Notes: generated by a model not told the origin, from the letters alone. DNA of 57,466 bases from an uncultured Mycoplasmatota bacterium (GCA_946498375.1 CAMMOI010000003.1:1-57466), one strand, 5' to 3'. Shown: positions 42,375 to 52,971, counted from the stretch's first letter. Made by a program: numbers and translations.

Positions 42375-42734
42375 ATGAAATTAATAAAAAAATCTGAATT
42401 AATTATTAAAAAATCTAAATTTATTGGCCTTTATTATGAAGTAAATTCTTTATTAGAGGTTAATACTATTTTAGAAAAGTTAAAAAAAGAATATAAAAAA
42501 GCTCGTCATATACCATATGCTTACAAAATAGGAATGACTGTCAAAAAAAGCGATGATAAAGAACCTAGTAATACGGCTGGTGGACCAATTTTAAATATTA
42601 TTGAAAAGAAAAAACTAGATAATTGTTTAATTGTAGTCATTCGCTACTTTGGGGGCATAAAACTAGGTGCAGGTGGTCTATTTAGAGCCTATAATCAAAT
42701 ATCGACGATGGTAAGCCAAGTAGATCTAAAATAA
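42375..42734 (+). CDS. YigZ/IMPACT family protein (N-terminal domain only)
   Basis: IKKSKFI, DDKEPSNTAG, RYFGGIKLGAGGL.RAY. Confidence 0.9.
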   Translation: MKLIKKSELIIKKSKFIGLYYEVNSLLEVNTILEKLKKEYKKARHIPYAYKIGMTVKKSDDKEPSNTAGGPILNIIEKKKLDNCLIVVIRYFGGIKLGAGGLFRAYNQISTMVSQVDLK

Positions 42735-42737
42735 AAT

Positions 42738-43388
42738 CTAATTATTGTTTTCAGTCTGTATTTTTCCAACATCTGAAAAGCTTAAATTATAGGTATTACT
42801 TCCATCTTGTAAAACTATATTAGTTATTGCAAATCTATTTTTGGTAACCTGTATTTGCAAGTTGTCTAAAGTATAATTATATATATCAGAATTTTGCTCG
42901 TATGTAGCATCTTTTAATAAAGAAACAATATAATTAACATCTAGGTAATTACTATTAAGATTATCAAACAAATTAGTAATTGGACTTTCTTGATCCATTA
43001 TAACTTGATATACAGTATTATCTTTAATAACATATTTTAAAATCCCATTTACATCTTCTTTATATCCACTGTTAATTTGGCCATCATTTTGACCTTGAAA
43101 ACTTATTGTTTGATCAGGCAAAGTAACTTTAAAATTATAACTAAAATTATTTTCTGCTAATTTATTTAAACAATCTTCGTAGCTTGTTTGCGAAATTTTA
43201 TAATTAACATTATACTCATGAGGAGCATCGTGTTTAGTGGCTGCAATTACTAATAACAAAAATAAAACAATAATTCCATAAATTCCTAATTTTAAAGCAG
43301 CTCTTCCTCTGGGAGTATTCCACTTTTGCGTAAACCAAGAATCTTCTTCAGTAGTTTGACGATATACAGGTTCTTTTTTTTTAAACAT
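42738..43388 (-). CDS. Single-TM hypothetical protein
   Basis: PRGRAALKLGIY followed by a TM segment. Confidence 0.75.
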   Translation of the reverse strand: MFKKKEPVYRQTTEEDSWFTQKWNTPRGRAALKLGIYGIIVLFLLLVIAATKHDAPHEYNVNYKISQTSYEDCLNKLAENNFSYNFKVTLPDQTISFQGQNDGQINSGYKEDVNGILKYVIKDNTVYQVIMDQESPITNLFDNLNSNYLDVNYIVSLLKDATYEQNSDIYNYTLDNLQIQVTKNRFAITNIVLQDGSNTYNLSFSDVGKIQTENNN

Positions 43389-43398
43389 ATACTCTCAC

Positions 43399-44331
43399 CT
43401 ACTTCACCATTTTTCCTAAAAGTGTAGAATTATTAATTCCATTTAGATAGTCCTTAACATCCATTATTTTTTTTCCAAAAGGCTTTATTTTAGTTAAATA
43501 TATTATTCCATCATTACTTCCTATGCCTATGCTATCTTTAGTAATCTCTTCTATTTTCCCAGCAGTAGTACCGGATTTTAACTTGTAAGTACACTCTAGG
43601 GCTTTTACTTCTTTATCATCTAAAATAAAATTAGCTACTGGCCAAGGGTTTAAACCTCTAATTTGATTATAAATCTCTTTACAAGTTTTATTAAAATCAA
43701 TATGCTCTTCTTCTCTTTTAATATTATAAGCATACGTTACTTCTGCTTCATTTTGTTTAATTCGTTTATTAGTTTTATTTATAATACTTGGTAAAGTTTC
43801 CATTAACAATTTAGCACCCATTTTTGATAAAATATCATGTAAAATACCAACATTATCTGTATCTTTAATTTCATATTCAGCAGTAGATATTATATCTCCA
43901 CTGTCCATTTTTTCATCCATATACATAATAGTAACCCCAGTTTTTTTATACCCATCTATTAAAGCTTTATGAATTGGTGCTCCTCCTCGAAGTTTAGGCA
44001 GTAATGAGGCGTGTACATTAATACACCCTAGTGGTGGAATATTAAGTAGTGCTGAGGGAATAATCTGCCCATAAGCACAAGTTATAATAATATCAGGATT
44101 TGCATCAATAATTTTTTGATAATCATCTTTGATTTTTATAGGCTGGAAAACTTCAATATTATTTTCTAAAGCCTTTAATTTTACTGGCGACATTTGCATT
44201 TGTTTTTTACGACCAACTAGCTTATCTGGTTGACTTACTACTAAAATTACCTGCGTATTTTTTATAAGCTCATCTAATACTTCTTTTGCAAATTCTGGCG
44301 TTCCCATAAATACTACTTTTAGATCTTTCAC
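43399..44331 (-). CDS. fmt: Methionyl-tRNA formyltransferase
   Basis: FMGTPEF, AYGQI, NVHASLLPKLRGGAPI, IRGLNPWP. Confidence 0.97.
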   Translation of the reverse strand: MKDLKVVFMGTPEFAKEVLDELIKNTQVILVVSQPDKLVGRKKQMQMSPVKLKALENNIEVFQPIKIKDDYQKIIDANPDIIITCAYGQIIPSALLNIPPLGCINVHASLLPKLRGGAPIHKALIDGYKKTGVTIMYMDEKMDSGDIISTAEYEIKDTDNVGILHDILSKMGAKLLMETLPSIINKTNKRIKQNEAEVTYAYNIKREEEHIDFNKTCKEIYNQIRGLNPWPVANFILDDKEVKALECTYKLKSGTTAGKIEEITKDSIGIGSNDGIIYLTKIKPFGKKIMDVKDYLNGINNSTLLGKMVK

Positions 44332-44489
44332 TTTAAATCAGCTCCCTCATATGATTTAAGTATATCAAAAAACTCTAAAATTAACTAGATTAGATTTTAA
44401 TTTCTAATTATTTAATAATACCAAAAAATATTAGTAATATTTTTTTAATTCATGTTATAATATTTAACATTAAAGGACGGTTATGTTTA

Positions 44490-45497
44490 ATGAGTGATAA
44501 TAAAATTAAAAAAACTGAAGTAGATAGTATAATTGCTTTATGTCATATATTAGATATTTATCACGTATTTAGAAAAAATTTAGTTGAGTTTATGGATTCA
44601 AAATCTAATAAAACTAATCTTAATAATTTAAATAAACTAGGTAAGTTAGTTAATGGTAAGAGTTTAGGAGTACCAAAAAAAGTAAAAACTTTTTATCAAG
44701 ATAATAGATCTATAATTGATTTAATTAATAATTACAATAACATAAATAATTTTATAAGCTATAATTATGATTTACACGGAAATATAAAAACAGATTCATG
44801 TTTAGAGTTAGTTTACTATCACCTACTAGCTAATCAAGACCAATTACATGAAATATTAGCTGTTTTAGAACAATTGAGAAAAATTGGATTTAAAGAAATA
44901 GAGTTCAATGAGAATCTAGATTTTACAAATGTTGAATATGAAGTCTATACAAATTTTAAATATAATTCTGATATTGTTTATTTAGATAATATAAAAGTAA
45001 TTCCTAATTATAATGATAATGTAGTTAAATATAAGTCTACTAATTCTAATTACAAAATTGTTTTCCATCCATCTTCCTATTTCTTATCAGATTCATCCAA
45101 ACTTATTGTTAATAGTTTATTGCTTTCTTTAACAAACTTACCTTCTAAATTAACTTTAGAAACTATAGAAGATCTATTTAATAAAATAGTTATGCTAAAA
45201 CAAAATTGCAATGATCTTAAAAATGCTGTGAATTTAAGCGTTAGTATAGATGATTTAAAGGAACAATTAGATACTACAAATAAAGTTGTTTTACAGTTAC
45301 AAAATGTAAAAAATCAAGAAGAATTATTAGCTTTATTACAAAAAATGCGCAGGGAACTTAAACTATTACAGGCTGAAAGTAAAATATATAATGAAAGTAT
45401 TTTTCAAAACAATCCTGACATTACTTATGAAAATATCGAAAATGAGAAAAAGCTATATTTACATAGAAGATATCTATCTCAAATAGATTTGGACTAA
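44490..45497 (+). CDS. Hypothetical protein with C-terminal coiled coil
   Basis: 335-aa ORF, AAAGGA RBS. Confidence 0.7.
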   Translation: MSDNKIKKTEVDSIIALCHILDIYHVFRKNLVEFMDSKSNKTNLNNLNKLGKLVNGKSLGVPKKVKTFYQDNRSIIDLINNYNNINNFISYNYDLHGNIKTDSCLELVYYHLLANQDQLHEILAVLEQLRKIGFKEIEFNENLDFTNVEYEVYTNFKYNSDIVYLDNIKVIPNYNDNVVKYKSTNSNYKIVFHPSSYFLSDSSKLIVNSLLLSLTNLPSKLTLETIEDLFNKIVMLKQNCNDLKNAVNLSVSIDDLKEQLDTTNKVVLQLQNVKNQEELLALLQKMRRELKLLQAESKIYNESIFQNNPDITYENIENEKKLYLHRRYLSQIDLD

Positions 45498-45531
45498 AAA
45501 AATAATTCAAGCAGAATTGAATTGTTTTTTT
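45497..45531. terminator. Bidirectional terminator between convergent genes
   Basis: aaaaaataattcaa-gcagaa-ttgaattgtttttt. Confidence 0.6.
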
Positions 45532-46319
45532 TAAACTCCCATAGACATAGTTTCTGGTAATGTTGATCCTCCATCTATTACAATGCCTTGAGCTGTAATA
45601 TAACTTGCCTCATCAGATGCTAAAAAAGCTGCAAGTTCTCCAACTTCTTCAATAGTCCCTAATCTTTTCATTGGAATAGCTGAGGCAATAGAGTTTATAA
45701 CACTCTCTGGATCATTTGAATTAGTTTCTTTAGCCATATTTTCTACCATTGGCGTTTTTATATATCCAGGCATAATAGCATTTACTCTAATATTATCATT
45801 TACTACTTCAGCAGCTAAAGATTTAGTAAATCCAATTAAAGCAGCTTTTGTAGTAGCATAAGCTACTTCTCCACTATCTGCAACTAATGGACCGGTCACA
45901 CTAGATAAATTTATAATTGAAGCATTTTGGCTTTCTTTTAAATATGGTAAAGCTGCTAAAGTTACATTCCAAGTCCCTTTAATATTAATATCAAAATGTA
46001 AATCTCTTAAGGATTCACTCATATTCTCAAATTTATCTAATGAACAAATTCCCGCATTGTTAACTAAAATATCAATCTGTTTAAAATCATTTTTAATTAT
46101 CGGCATTACCTTTTTTACAGCTAAATTATCTTTAATATCAGCTTTATAGGCCCTAACTTCATATCCTGAAGCTTGCAAATCTTTAGCTACATCAAATACT
46201 TTATCGTTATAATCAATAATTGCTACCTTTGCCTTATATTTTAAAAACACTTTTACTATTCCCAAGCCATTTCCCATGGCTCCACCTGTAATAATAGCTA
46301 CTTTATTTTCTAACTTCAT
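45531..46319 (-). CDS. ucpA: SDR family oxidoreductase (UcpA-like)
   Basis: TGGAMGNG, NNAG, SSVTG, YATTK, DGGSTLPET. Confidence 0.85.
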   Translation of the reverse strand: MKLENKVAIITGGAMGNGLGIVKVFLKYKAKVAIIDYNDKVFDVAKDLQASGYEVRAYKADIKDNLAVKKVMPIIKNDFKQIDILVNNAGICSLDKFENMSESLRDLHFDINIKGTWNVTLAALPYLKESQNASIINLSSVTGPLVADSGEVAYATTKAALIGFTKSLAAEVVNDNIRVNAIMPGYIKTPMVENMAKETNSNDPESVINSIASAIPMKRLGTIEEVGELAAFLASDEASYITAQGIVIDGGSTLPETMSMGV

Positions 46320-46376
46320 GTCATCCCTCTTTCTATACTTTTAGCATATCATAATTTTTAATTTTTAACTAATAAA

Positions 46377-47621
46377 TTATTTATAATATACATCAATATC
46401 TACAAAAGCATTTATTCCATCTACTTTTCCATCATCACATAGTTGCCACATTTTATAATCCCCCTCATAAGTTACTTGAGTATTATACTGAGCAAGCCAA
46501 ATAGGATAATCAGTCTTCATCCACATATTTTCTAGATATGTTTTGCTACTATATAACATAGGAGTATAACCGTTATCTTCGATTACTTCTAAGAAACTCT
46601 CAGCCATGGAAGTTAAGCCAAAAAAGCTTAAATTGTAAGCATTAAAGTCCTTCCATTCTTCCCAATCAAAAACAACTGGCATTTCAATATCATATTTTTT
46701 AATTTTTTTGACAACCCATTTAGCTTGTTTTTTAGCTTCTTTGGCATTAGAGGCATAAGAATAAAAGTAAATACCTACAGGAATATCAGCTTTATTAGCA
46801 GCTTTAATGTTTTGTTCAAAATATTCATCTACAAAATATTCTCCATCTTTTCCTCTAGTTCCACCTAATCTAATCATTACAAATTCTACTCCGGCAGCTT
46901 TAACTTTATCAAAATCTATTTCTTTTTGCCATTTAGATACATCTATGCCTATTTTGGTATCTTTGGTTTTATATTGAGCATAAATATCATTAAAATCAGT
47001 ATATTCTGGTTCAATATTTTGATTAGTATTAGTAGTATTATTATCTGTAGTAGCAGGAATAACCGGTTCATAAACATTTAAAGTAAATTGTTTTTGAGAT
47101 TCATTGCCATTAATATCTACAGCTTTAAAAACAAGTTCATATGCTCCAGCTGTATTTAAATCATATTCGCCTTCTATATAACACTTAGGAGACGAATCAT
47201 AATTATCTCCACATAAAATATCATCCGTTAAAGTATCTTCACTACCAACTTTTAATGTATATTTGCTATTTAACCAAATTAAAGGTGGCGTTGTATCTTC
47301 TATTGTTATTTCATAAGAATATGGAATTTTAATTCCTTCCTCATTAACAAATTCAAATTCTATTCTTTTTTTTCCAAGAGTTGTAGTATCAATATTATAA
47401 TCATCTACTATTTTACCATTAATATCTAAAATAAAATTAGAAACCTTAACTTCACTATTAAACTCAGCTGTCAAATTTTTTACTAAATCAACTTCTATTT
47501 TAGCATTTTTAATTCTAATATAATTAAATATTTTAAAAATACTTATTATTAAGACCAGTAAAATTATTAACCCGACACAACCTATAATAATATTTTTTCG
47601 ATTTAATTTTATTTTTTTCAT
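46377..47621 (-). CDS. Membrane-anchored GH25 muramidase with Ig-like spacer
   Basis: GIDVSKWQ, GIYFYSYA, FDWE, WLAQY, WQ, VDID. Confidence 0.92.
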   Translation of the reverse strand: MKKIKLNRKNIIIGCVGLIILLVLIISIFKIFNYIRIKNAKIEVDLVKNLTAEFNSEVKVSNFILDINGKIVDDYNIDTTTLGKKRIEFEFVNEEGIKIPYSYEITIEDTTPPLIWLNSKYTLKVGSEDTLTDDILCGDNYDSSPKCYIEGEYDLNTAGAYELVFKAVDINGNESQKQFTLNVYEPVIPATTDNNTTNTNQNIEPEYTDFNDIYAQYKTKDTKIGIDVSKWQKEIDFDKVKAAGVEFVMIRLGGTRGKDGEYFVDEYFEQNIKAANKADIPVGIYFYSYASNAKEAKKQAKWVVKKIKKYDIEMPVVFDWEEWKDFNAYNLSFFGLTSMAESFLEVIEDNGYTPMLYSSKTYLENMWMKTDYPIWLAQYNTQVTYEGDYKMWQLCDDGKVDGINAFVDIDVYYK

Positions 47622-47720
47622 AACAACTTTCCATTCTAATATTATTTTAACATAAATGAATTTCTTACAACAGTGAATGTCTATAAAATAAAAAAATAAA
47701 ATTTAATTAAAAATTAAATC

Positions 47721-48176
47721 TTATTTATCAGTAGATCCAAATCCACCAGTACGTATGGTATTTGTTTGATCATTTTCAGTTAAAAAATATTTTAAAAATA
47801 TTGCTTGACCAATTACATCGCCTTTTTTTATTTCGATATCATGATCTTGAAAATTAAAAAACTGAAAATAGAAATGCCCATCATTAGTTTCATTACCGTA
47901 GTAATCTGCATCAATAACACCTACAGAATTTGCCATAATTAACCCTTTTTTAGGACCGCTACTGCGGTTTACAAGCATTACATACTCATCTTTTTGGCAA
48001 TATACCTTCAGCCCTGTTGGAATTAAAGTAGGTTTAATGCCTGGCTCATATTTTTTTATAGTTACATCCTCAGCTGCTTCAATATCATATCCGGCACTAT
48101 AGGTCGTGGCCCTTTTAGGTAAATTAATATTTTTATCTTCCCAACCTTTTGCTATTTCAAATCCTCTTGTTTTCAT
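47721..48176 (-). CDS. dut: dUTP diphosphatase
   Basis: SAGYD, RSS, GVIDADY, RTGGFGST. Confidence 0.95.
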   Translation of the reverse strand: MKTRGFEIAKGWEDKNINLPKRATTYSAGYDIEAAEDVTIKKYEPGIKPTLIPTGLKVYCQKDEYVMLVNRSSGPKKGLIMANSVGVIDADYYGNETNDGHFYFQFFNFQDHDIEIKKGDVIGQAIFLKYFLTENDQTNTIRTGGFGSTDK

Positions 48177-48178
48177 TT

Positions 48179-48670
48179 TTACTCCTCTAATAATATAATT
48201 TTATCATTTTTTAAACTTTTTATAACATCAATTACTCTTTGATTAGATGATCCACACCATTTAAGTTTAGGATTATGTAAATCATCTACATATTGCCCAT
48301 CTACTAAAACATCAATATAATTGAGTATCTCTTTATTTTTTAACATCTCAAATTCAAACCCACTCCATACCCATAACGTTTTATTAGGATATTTTTGTTT
48401 AAATTCTTTTGCTAGTAAAGTGACTTCTTGGATATTTTTAGGATGAAGTGGTTCACCACCTAATATTGATAAACCACTTATATACTCCTTAGAACAAAGT
48501 TCTAAAATACTATTTATAGTATCTTTAGTAAATTTTTCGCCTGAATTAAAATCATGAGTTTCTGGATTAAAACAATTTTTACAGTTAAATGTACATCCTT
48601 GTACAAAAATAGATATTCTAATTCCTGGACCATTAGAGATATCCATTTTTCTTATTTTATTATAACGCAT
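48179..48670 (-). CDS. nrdG: Anaerobic ribonucleotide reductase activase
   Basis: NGPGIR, CxxxCxxC, LGGEP, GSSNQR. Confidence 0.96.
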   Translation of the reverse strand: MRYNKIRKMDISNGPGIRISIFVQGCTFNCKNCFNPETHDFNSGEKFTKDTINSILELCSKEYISGLSILGGEPLHPKNIQEVTLLAKEFKQKYPNKTLWVWSGFEFEMLKNKEILNYIDVLVDGQYVDDLHNPKLKWCGSSNQRVIDVIKSLKNDKIILLEE

Positions 48671-50833
48671 TTAAGCTGCCTCTAAATCCTTGTTATCTAC
48701 ATGTAATACTCGTTCTTTTATTTCTTGAGTACGACCTCTATTCCAAAAATTAGTTCCAATATAGCCACAAGTACGACGAGCAACATTTAATTTATCATGA
48801 TCTCTATTTCCACAATTTGGACAATACCATTCTAAATTATCATCAATTAAAATTTCTTTATCATAGCCACATACTTGACAATAATCGCTTTTTGTATTTA
48901 ATTCAGCATACATAATATTATCATAAATAAAATTAATAATTTCTAAAACAACATCAATATTATTTGTCAAATTAGGGGTTTCAACATAGGAAATAGCCCC
49001 ACCAGGAGAAAGTTTTTGAAAATCACTTTCTAATTTTAATTTAGTAAAGGCATCTATCTCTTCAAAAACTGGTACATGATAAGAATTAGTTATATAATCA
49101 CGATCAGTTATTCCTTTAATTACACCAAATCTTTCTTTTAAGGCTTTAGCAAACTTATAAGTTGTAGCCTCAATTGGTGTGCCATAAACACTATAATCAA
49201 TATTCTCGGCTTTTTTCCATTCGTTGCATTTATCTACCATTTTTTGCATTACTGCAAGACCAAAAGGTTTACCTTCTTGAGGATCAGTATGACTTTTCCC
49301 TGTCATATATTTAACACACTCATATAATCCTGCATATCCTAGCGAAATTGTTGAATATCCATTATGTAGCAAATCATGAATAGATTCTCCTTTTTTTAAC
49401 CTAGCTAAAGCTCCGTGTTGCCATAATATAGGAGCCACATCACTAGTTACTTTAGATAGACGTTTATGTCTTATTTGCAAAGCTCTATGGCATAATTCTA
49501 AGCGCTCTTCAAAAATTTTCCAGAAATCATCAAGATCTTTATCAGAGGATAAAGCTACATCAACCAAATTTATTGTAACAACTCCTTGATTAAAGCGACC
49601 ATAATATTTTGGCTTACCATGTTCATCTACATAAGGTGTCAAAAATGAACGGCATCCCATACATGGATAACATTGGCCATTTCCATTAGCATCTATTTTA
49701 TTTTCTTTCATTACTTTCTCAGAAATATAATCAGGAACCATTCGCTTAGCTGTACATTGAGCAGCTAATTTTGTTAAATAATAATATTTACTATCTGGAT
49801 GAATATTATCCTCTTCTAAAACATATAAAAGTTTAGGAAATGCTGGAGTAATATAAACCCCTTTTTCGTTTTTCATTCCTTCAATTCGTTGTTTTAAAAC
49901 CTCTTCAATTAGCATTGCAAGCTCTTCTTTATATTCATCTGTTTCTCCTAAATACATACAAACAGATAAAAATGGAGCTTGACCATTAGTAGTTGTCATT
50001 GAATTAATTTGATATTGGAATGTTTGAACTCCATCAGTAATTTCTTTAGCTAAATCTTCCTGAACAAACTGCTCTATTTGTTTATCAGATAGTTTTCTGG
50101 CTTTATATTTTTTTTCATAATATTCTTTTGAGGATCTAATAAATGGTGCAAGGTGTGTTAAAGTAATTGTACATCCTCCATATTGACTAGAATTAACTGC
50201 TGTAATTAATTGAGTTGCAATAGTCATTGCTGTTAAAAAACGGTGAGGTTTTTCAATCATTACATCGTTAATATTAGTGCCATTTTGTAACATATCCTCT
50301 AAATTAATTAGATCACAATTATGTAAAGCGTTTTGAGCAAAATAATCAGCATCATGGAAATGAATTATTCCCTCATCATGAGCCTTAACTATATCCTCAG
50401 GCAACAAAAACCTTCTAGTAATATCAGTAGAAGTAATTCCTGCCAAATAATCTCTTTGAGTTGTAACTACTTTAGCATTTTTATTAGAATTTTCAGTATT
50501 CCAATATTCGGATTCACCATCAATTAGTTCCTTAATTGCTAAATCAGTAGTATTACTTTTTCTTACTAGTTCTCTAGTATAGCGATAAGTAATATATTTT
50601 TTAGCTAAAGCATATTTGCCAATAGACATTAATTTAACTTCGATTATGTCTTGGATATCTTCTACAAGTATCCTTTTTTTGCCTAATTTTTCAATATATT
50701 TTATTATATTTTTTATTTGTGTAGGAGATGCTTGATCAGATTCTTCTACTTCGTTATTAGCTTTATTGATAGCTGTTTCAATTTTTTCGGGACACCAATC
50801 TACCATATGTCCGTCTCTTTTTATAACTTTCAT
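48671..50833 (-). CDS. nrdD: Class III anaerobic ribonucleotide reductase
   Basis: ATP cone VIKRDG, MGCRS, Zn CxxC pairs, RTCGY glycyl-radical motif. Confidence 0.97.
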   Translation of the reverse strand: MKVIKRDGHMVDWCPEKIETAINKANNEVEESDQASPTQIKNIIKYIEKLGKKRILVEDIQDIIEVKLMSIGKYALAKKYITYRYTRELVRKSNTTDLAIKELIDGESEYWNTENSNKNAKVVTTQRDYLAGITSTDITRRFLLPEDIVKAHDEGIIHFHDADYFAQNALHNCDLINLEDMLQNGTNINDVMIEKPHRFLTAMTIATQLITAVNSSQYGGCTITLTHLAPFIRSSKEYYEKKYKARKLSDKQIEQFVQEDLAKEITDGVQTFQYQINSMTTTNGQAPFLSVCMYLGETDEYKEELAMLIEEVLKQRIEGMKNEKGVYITPAFPKLLYVLEEDNIHPDSKYYYLTKLAAQCTAKRMVPDYISEKVMKENKIDANGNGQCYPCMGCRSFLTPYVDEHGKPKYYGRFNQGVVTINLVDVALSSDKDLDDFWKIFEERLELCHRALQIRHKRLSKVTSDVAPILWQHGALARLKKGESIHDLLHNGYSTISLGYAGLYECVKYMTGKSHTDPQEGKPFGLAVMQKMVDKCNEWKKAENIDYSVYGTPIEATTYKFAKALKERFGVIKGITDRDYITNSYHVPVFEEIDAFTKLKLESDFQKLSPGGAISYVETPNLTNNIDVVLEIINFIYDNIMYAELNTKSDYCQVCGYDKEILIDDNLEWYCPNCGNRDHDKLNVARRTCGYIGTNFWNRGRTQEIKERVLHVDNKDLEAA

Positions 50834-50889
50834 ACTCTTACCTCACTTATTTTACAAACTAACTATAGCACAAGTTTTACAATTCTTGT

Positions 50890-50905
50890 TGTTGCAATTG
50901 CAACA
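50890..50905. promoter_or_regulatory. Perfect palindrome, candidate Crp/Fnr-family site
   Basis: TGTTGCAATTGCAACA between divergent nrdD and crp/fnr genes. Confidence 0.65.
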
Positions 50906-50945
50906 TTTATATAAAAATGTTAAAATTTATTTTGAGGGATTAAAA

Positions 50946-51581
50946 ATGAATGAATTGCTTTATAATATAACTGGTAGAAATTTAGAAAAACTAATGCTTT
51001 ATTTAGAGGCAAATAGCCTATTCTTCAAGAAAAACACCGCTATTTTATCTAATTTATTAGATGAGAATGTAATATGTTTATTAATAAGTGGAAAAGTTCA
51101 AATTATTAAAAATGATTTTAACGGAAATCAAGTAATAATGGAAATTTTAGAAAAAAATGCAATTTTTGGAACTACTATTTTTGGAATAAATAATAGTGAT
51201 TATGAAATTAAAACTTTAGAAGATTCTAAAATTGTTATAATAGATTTTAATAATATTATTAGCAATACAGCTAATACAGTTTATACAGATCAGTTTTTGA
51301 AAAATTTACTTAAATTCACGGCTCATAAAATTAAGGAAAATAACGAACGCATTGAAATATTAACATGTAAAACGATTAGAAATAAGTTATTAGCATATTT
51401 TAAACAGATGGCTAAAAGTAGTAACTCTCGAGTTATTTACCTGCCTTATAGTTTAACTAGACTAGCCGATTATTTAGCAGTAGATAGATCGGCAATGTCC
51501 AGAGAATTAAAAAACTTAAAAGATGAAGGATTTATTGAAATAAAAGATAAAAAGATTAAATTAAAATATAATGATTATTAA
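50946..51581 (+). CDS. Crp/Fnr family regulator
   Basis: cNMP-type beta barrel; LADYLAVDRSAMSREL HTH; ATG 50946 after GAGGG. Confidence 0.9.
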   Translation: MNELLYNITGRNLEKLMLYLEANSLFFKKNTAILSNLLDENVICLLISGKVQIIKNDFNGNQVIMEILEKNAIFGTTIFGINNSDYEIKTLEDSKIVIIDFNNIISNTANTVYTDQFLKNLLKFTAHKIKENNERIEILTCKTIRNKLLAYFKQMAKSSNSRVIYLPYSLTRLADYLAVDRSAMSRELKNLKDEGFIEIKDKKIKLKYNDY

Positions 51582-51607
51582 AAGACTTGTAAATTTAAAC
51601 AAGTCTT
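51581..51607. terminator. Bidirectional terminator
   Basis: aagacttgt-aaatttaa-acaagtctt between convergent genes. Confidence 0.65.
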
Positions 51608-52081
51608 TTAATAATAGTTATCAATTGGAATATAAATTATCTGTCCTACTCTAATTAAATTAGCATTTTTAATTTTGTTTATTTGAACTAACTGATTAAC
51701 TGAGGTATGATATCTCATTGCAATTTCTGATAAAGTATCATTTTGTTTAACAGTATAACTAATTAAGTGATTTGTATTATCAACACTAAGTATGCGAATT
51801 TGTTCATTAGGATAAATTAAATTAGGATTAGATATGTTATTCCATTTTACTAAATCACTTACACTAACATTATATTCTAAAGCAATCTTAGATAAAGTAT
51901 CTTTATTTTTAACAATATAAACTATGCTCTTAGTATCACCACTAATTTGATGATTATATTCCTTATAAATCTTTAAAATTTCATTAGGATAAATCAGATT
52001 AGGGTTAGATATATTATTCCATCTTGTCAAATCATTTACACTAACATTATATTCTGAAGCTATTTTAGATAAAGTATCCCC
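51608..52081 (-). pseudogene. 3' part of a LysM-repeat gene interrupted at an att-like site
   Basis: Frame continues upstream of 52030 as [18 protein letters not shown] and then loses LysM character; three LysM repeats; no RBS or start. Confidence 0.85.
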
Positions 52082-52087
52082 TGATAC
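52074..52087 (-). other. att-like junction (element/LysM)
   Basis: Minus strand GTATCAGGGGATAC with arms GTATC/GATAC; the preceding ~20 nt match the recombinase 3' end at 53431-53451. Confidence 0.7.
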
Positions 52088-52322
52088 ATTTTTTCTGTAA
52101 TATTTTTGTTAAACCCTTCTTTTATTTTATTTTTATCTAAATATTTTTTAAATATATCTTTTTTGTTATCTAATATAACACTTTCTAATATTTCATAATT
52201 ATTTGTATGGGTTGTACAGACATGATATTTTGAATATGTTTTATTAATCACAAGTTGTATAACTTCTTCCTGTTTTAGTTTGATATCTAATAGTTATTCT
52301 ATGCTTGCAATCACCACAATAT
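52088..52322 (-). pseudogene. Serine recombinase remnant (zinc-ribbon part joined to the 3' tip)
   Basis: YCGDCKHRITIRYQTKTGRSYTTCD* then KTYSKYHVCTTHTNNYEILESVILDN...KNIT; homologous to 54031-53826 and ~53451-53431. Confidence 0.9.
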
Positions 52323-52360
52323 AGGTTGCTAAAGAATAAATATAGGAATAATAATAGTTT

Positions 52361-52786
52361 TAAGAAACAAAAAAACATCCAAAATTCTTATTTTCATTAA
52401 AAATTATAGGATGATTTAATTTTTATTAATTATTATTTTTTAATTTTAAAGTTTTTACAAACCTATTTATTAAAGCCGGCTTTGCAAATTGTTCTTCTAG
52501 TACTAATACACTATTTTTATATCTATTATAGGCTTTATCATAATTTCCTTGTTCAATTTGTTCAACACAATAACCTACTATATTATCATAAATATAGTCA
52601 TAAATAATATCTGATTGTTCTTCTCTATTAATCATTTCAACAATTATTGGTGCTACTTCATAGTAGTGTTCTATATCTTCCTTTGTAACAAAATTATCTC
52701 TAAACCATCTTAATACTAATAATTCATAACAATTATCATCAAAATTTTCTTAAAAATATTTCATACAAGCCGAAGTTAAATAACAT
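52361..52786. repeat. ~426-bp direct repeat, copy 1 (constant domain + terminator)
   Basis: Matches 55498-55923 with about 14 substitutions by hand count. Confidence 0.95.
52369..52413 (-). terminator. Terminator after constant-domain gene (identical copy at 55506-55550)
   Basis: Minus strand catcc...ggatg imperfect hairpin followed by T7. Confidence 0.5.
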
Positions 52787-52971
52787 TTAACATCAGTATG
52801 TTCTGTACTACCATTTGTTGTGTCTATAATATGTGCTGACTTTGAATTACTATCAACTGCAATGTGAATTGATTCATGTGAGCCCTTAGGATCTGATGTG
52901 TAAACATCTATTTTAGTATCATATTTACTACTATTTGGAATAGTCGCTTTTATTATTGGTTTATCTGACAC
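52426..52971 (-). pseudogene. Variable-N / constant-C (CFI-box-CTERM-like) gene, unit 1, one in-frame stop
   Basis: GTG 52971 MSDKPIIK...KCYLTSACMKYF*ENFDDNCYEL...KLKNNN; TAA at 52750-52752 where unit 3 has CAA and unit 2 has AAA. Confidence 0.85.

Noticed and set aside
42375-42734. YigZ as a truncated pseudogene
   Set aside because: The conserved domain is complete with RBS and stop; loss of the C-terminal domain alone does not show inactivation.
52426-52635. Separate 69-aa gene and 63-aa ORF 52060-52251 from the ORF track
   Set aside because: They are fragments of the nonsense-interrupted constant-domain gene and of the recombinase remnant.
52750-52752. Programmed readthrough or recoding of the in-frame TAA
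   Set aside because: TAA is the normal stop throughout the window; a single CAA/AAA to TAA mutation is simpler.
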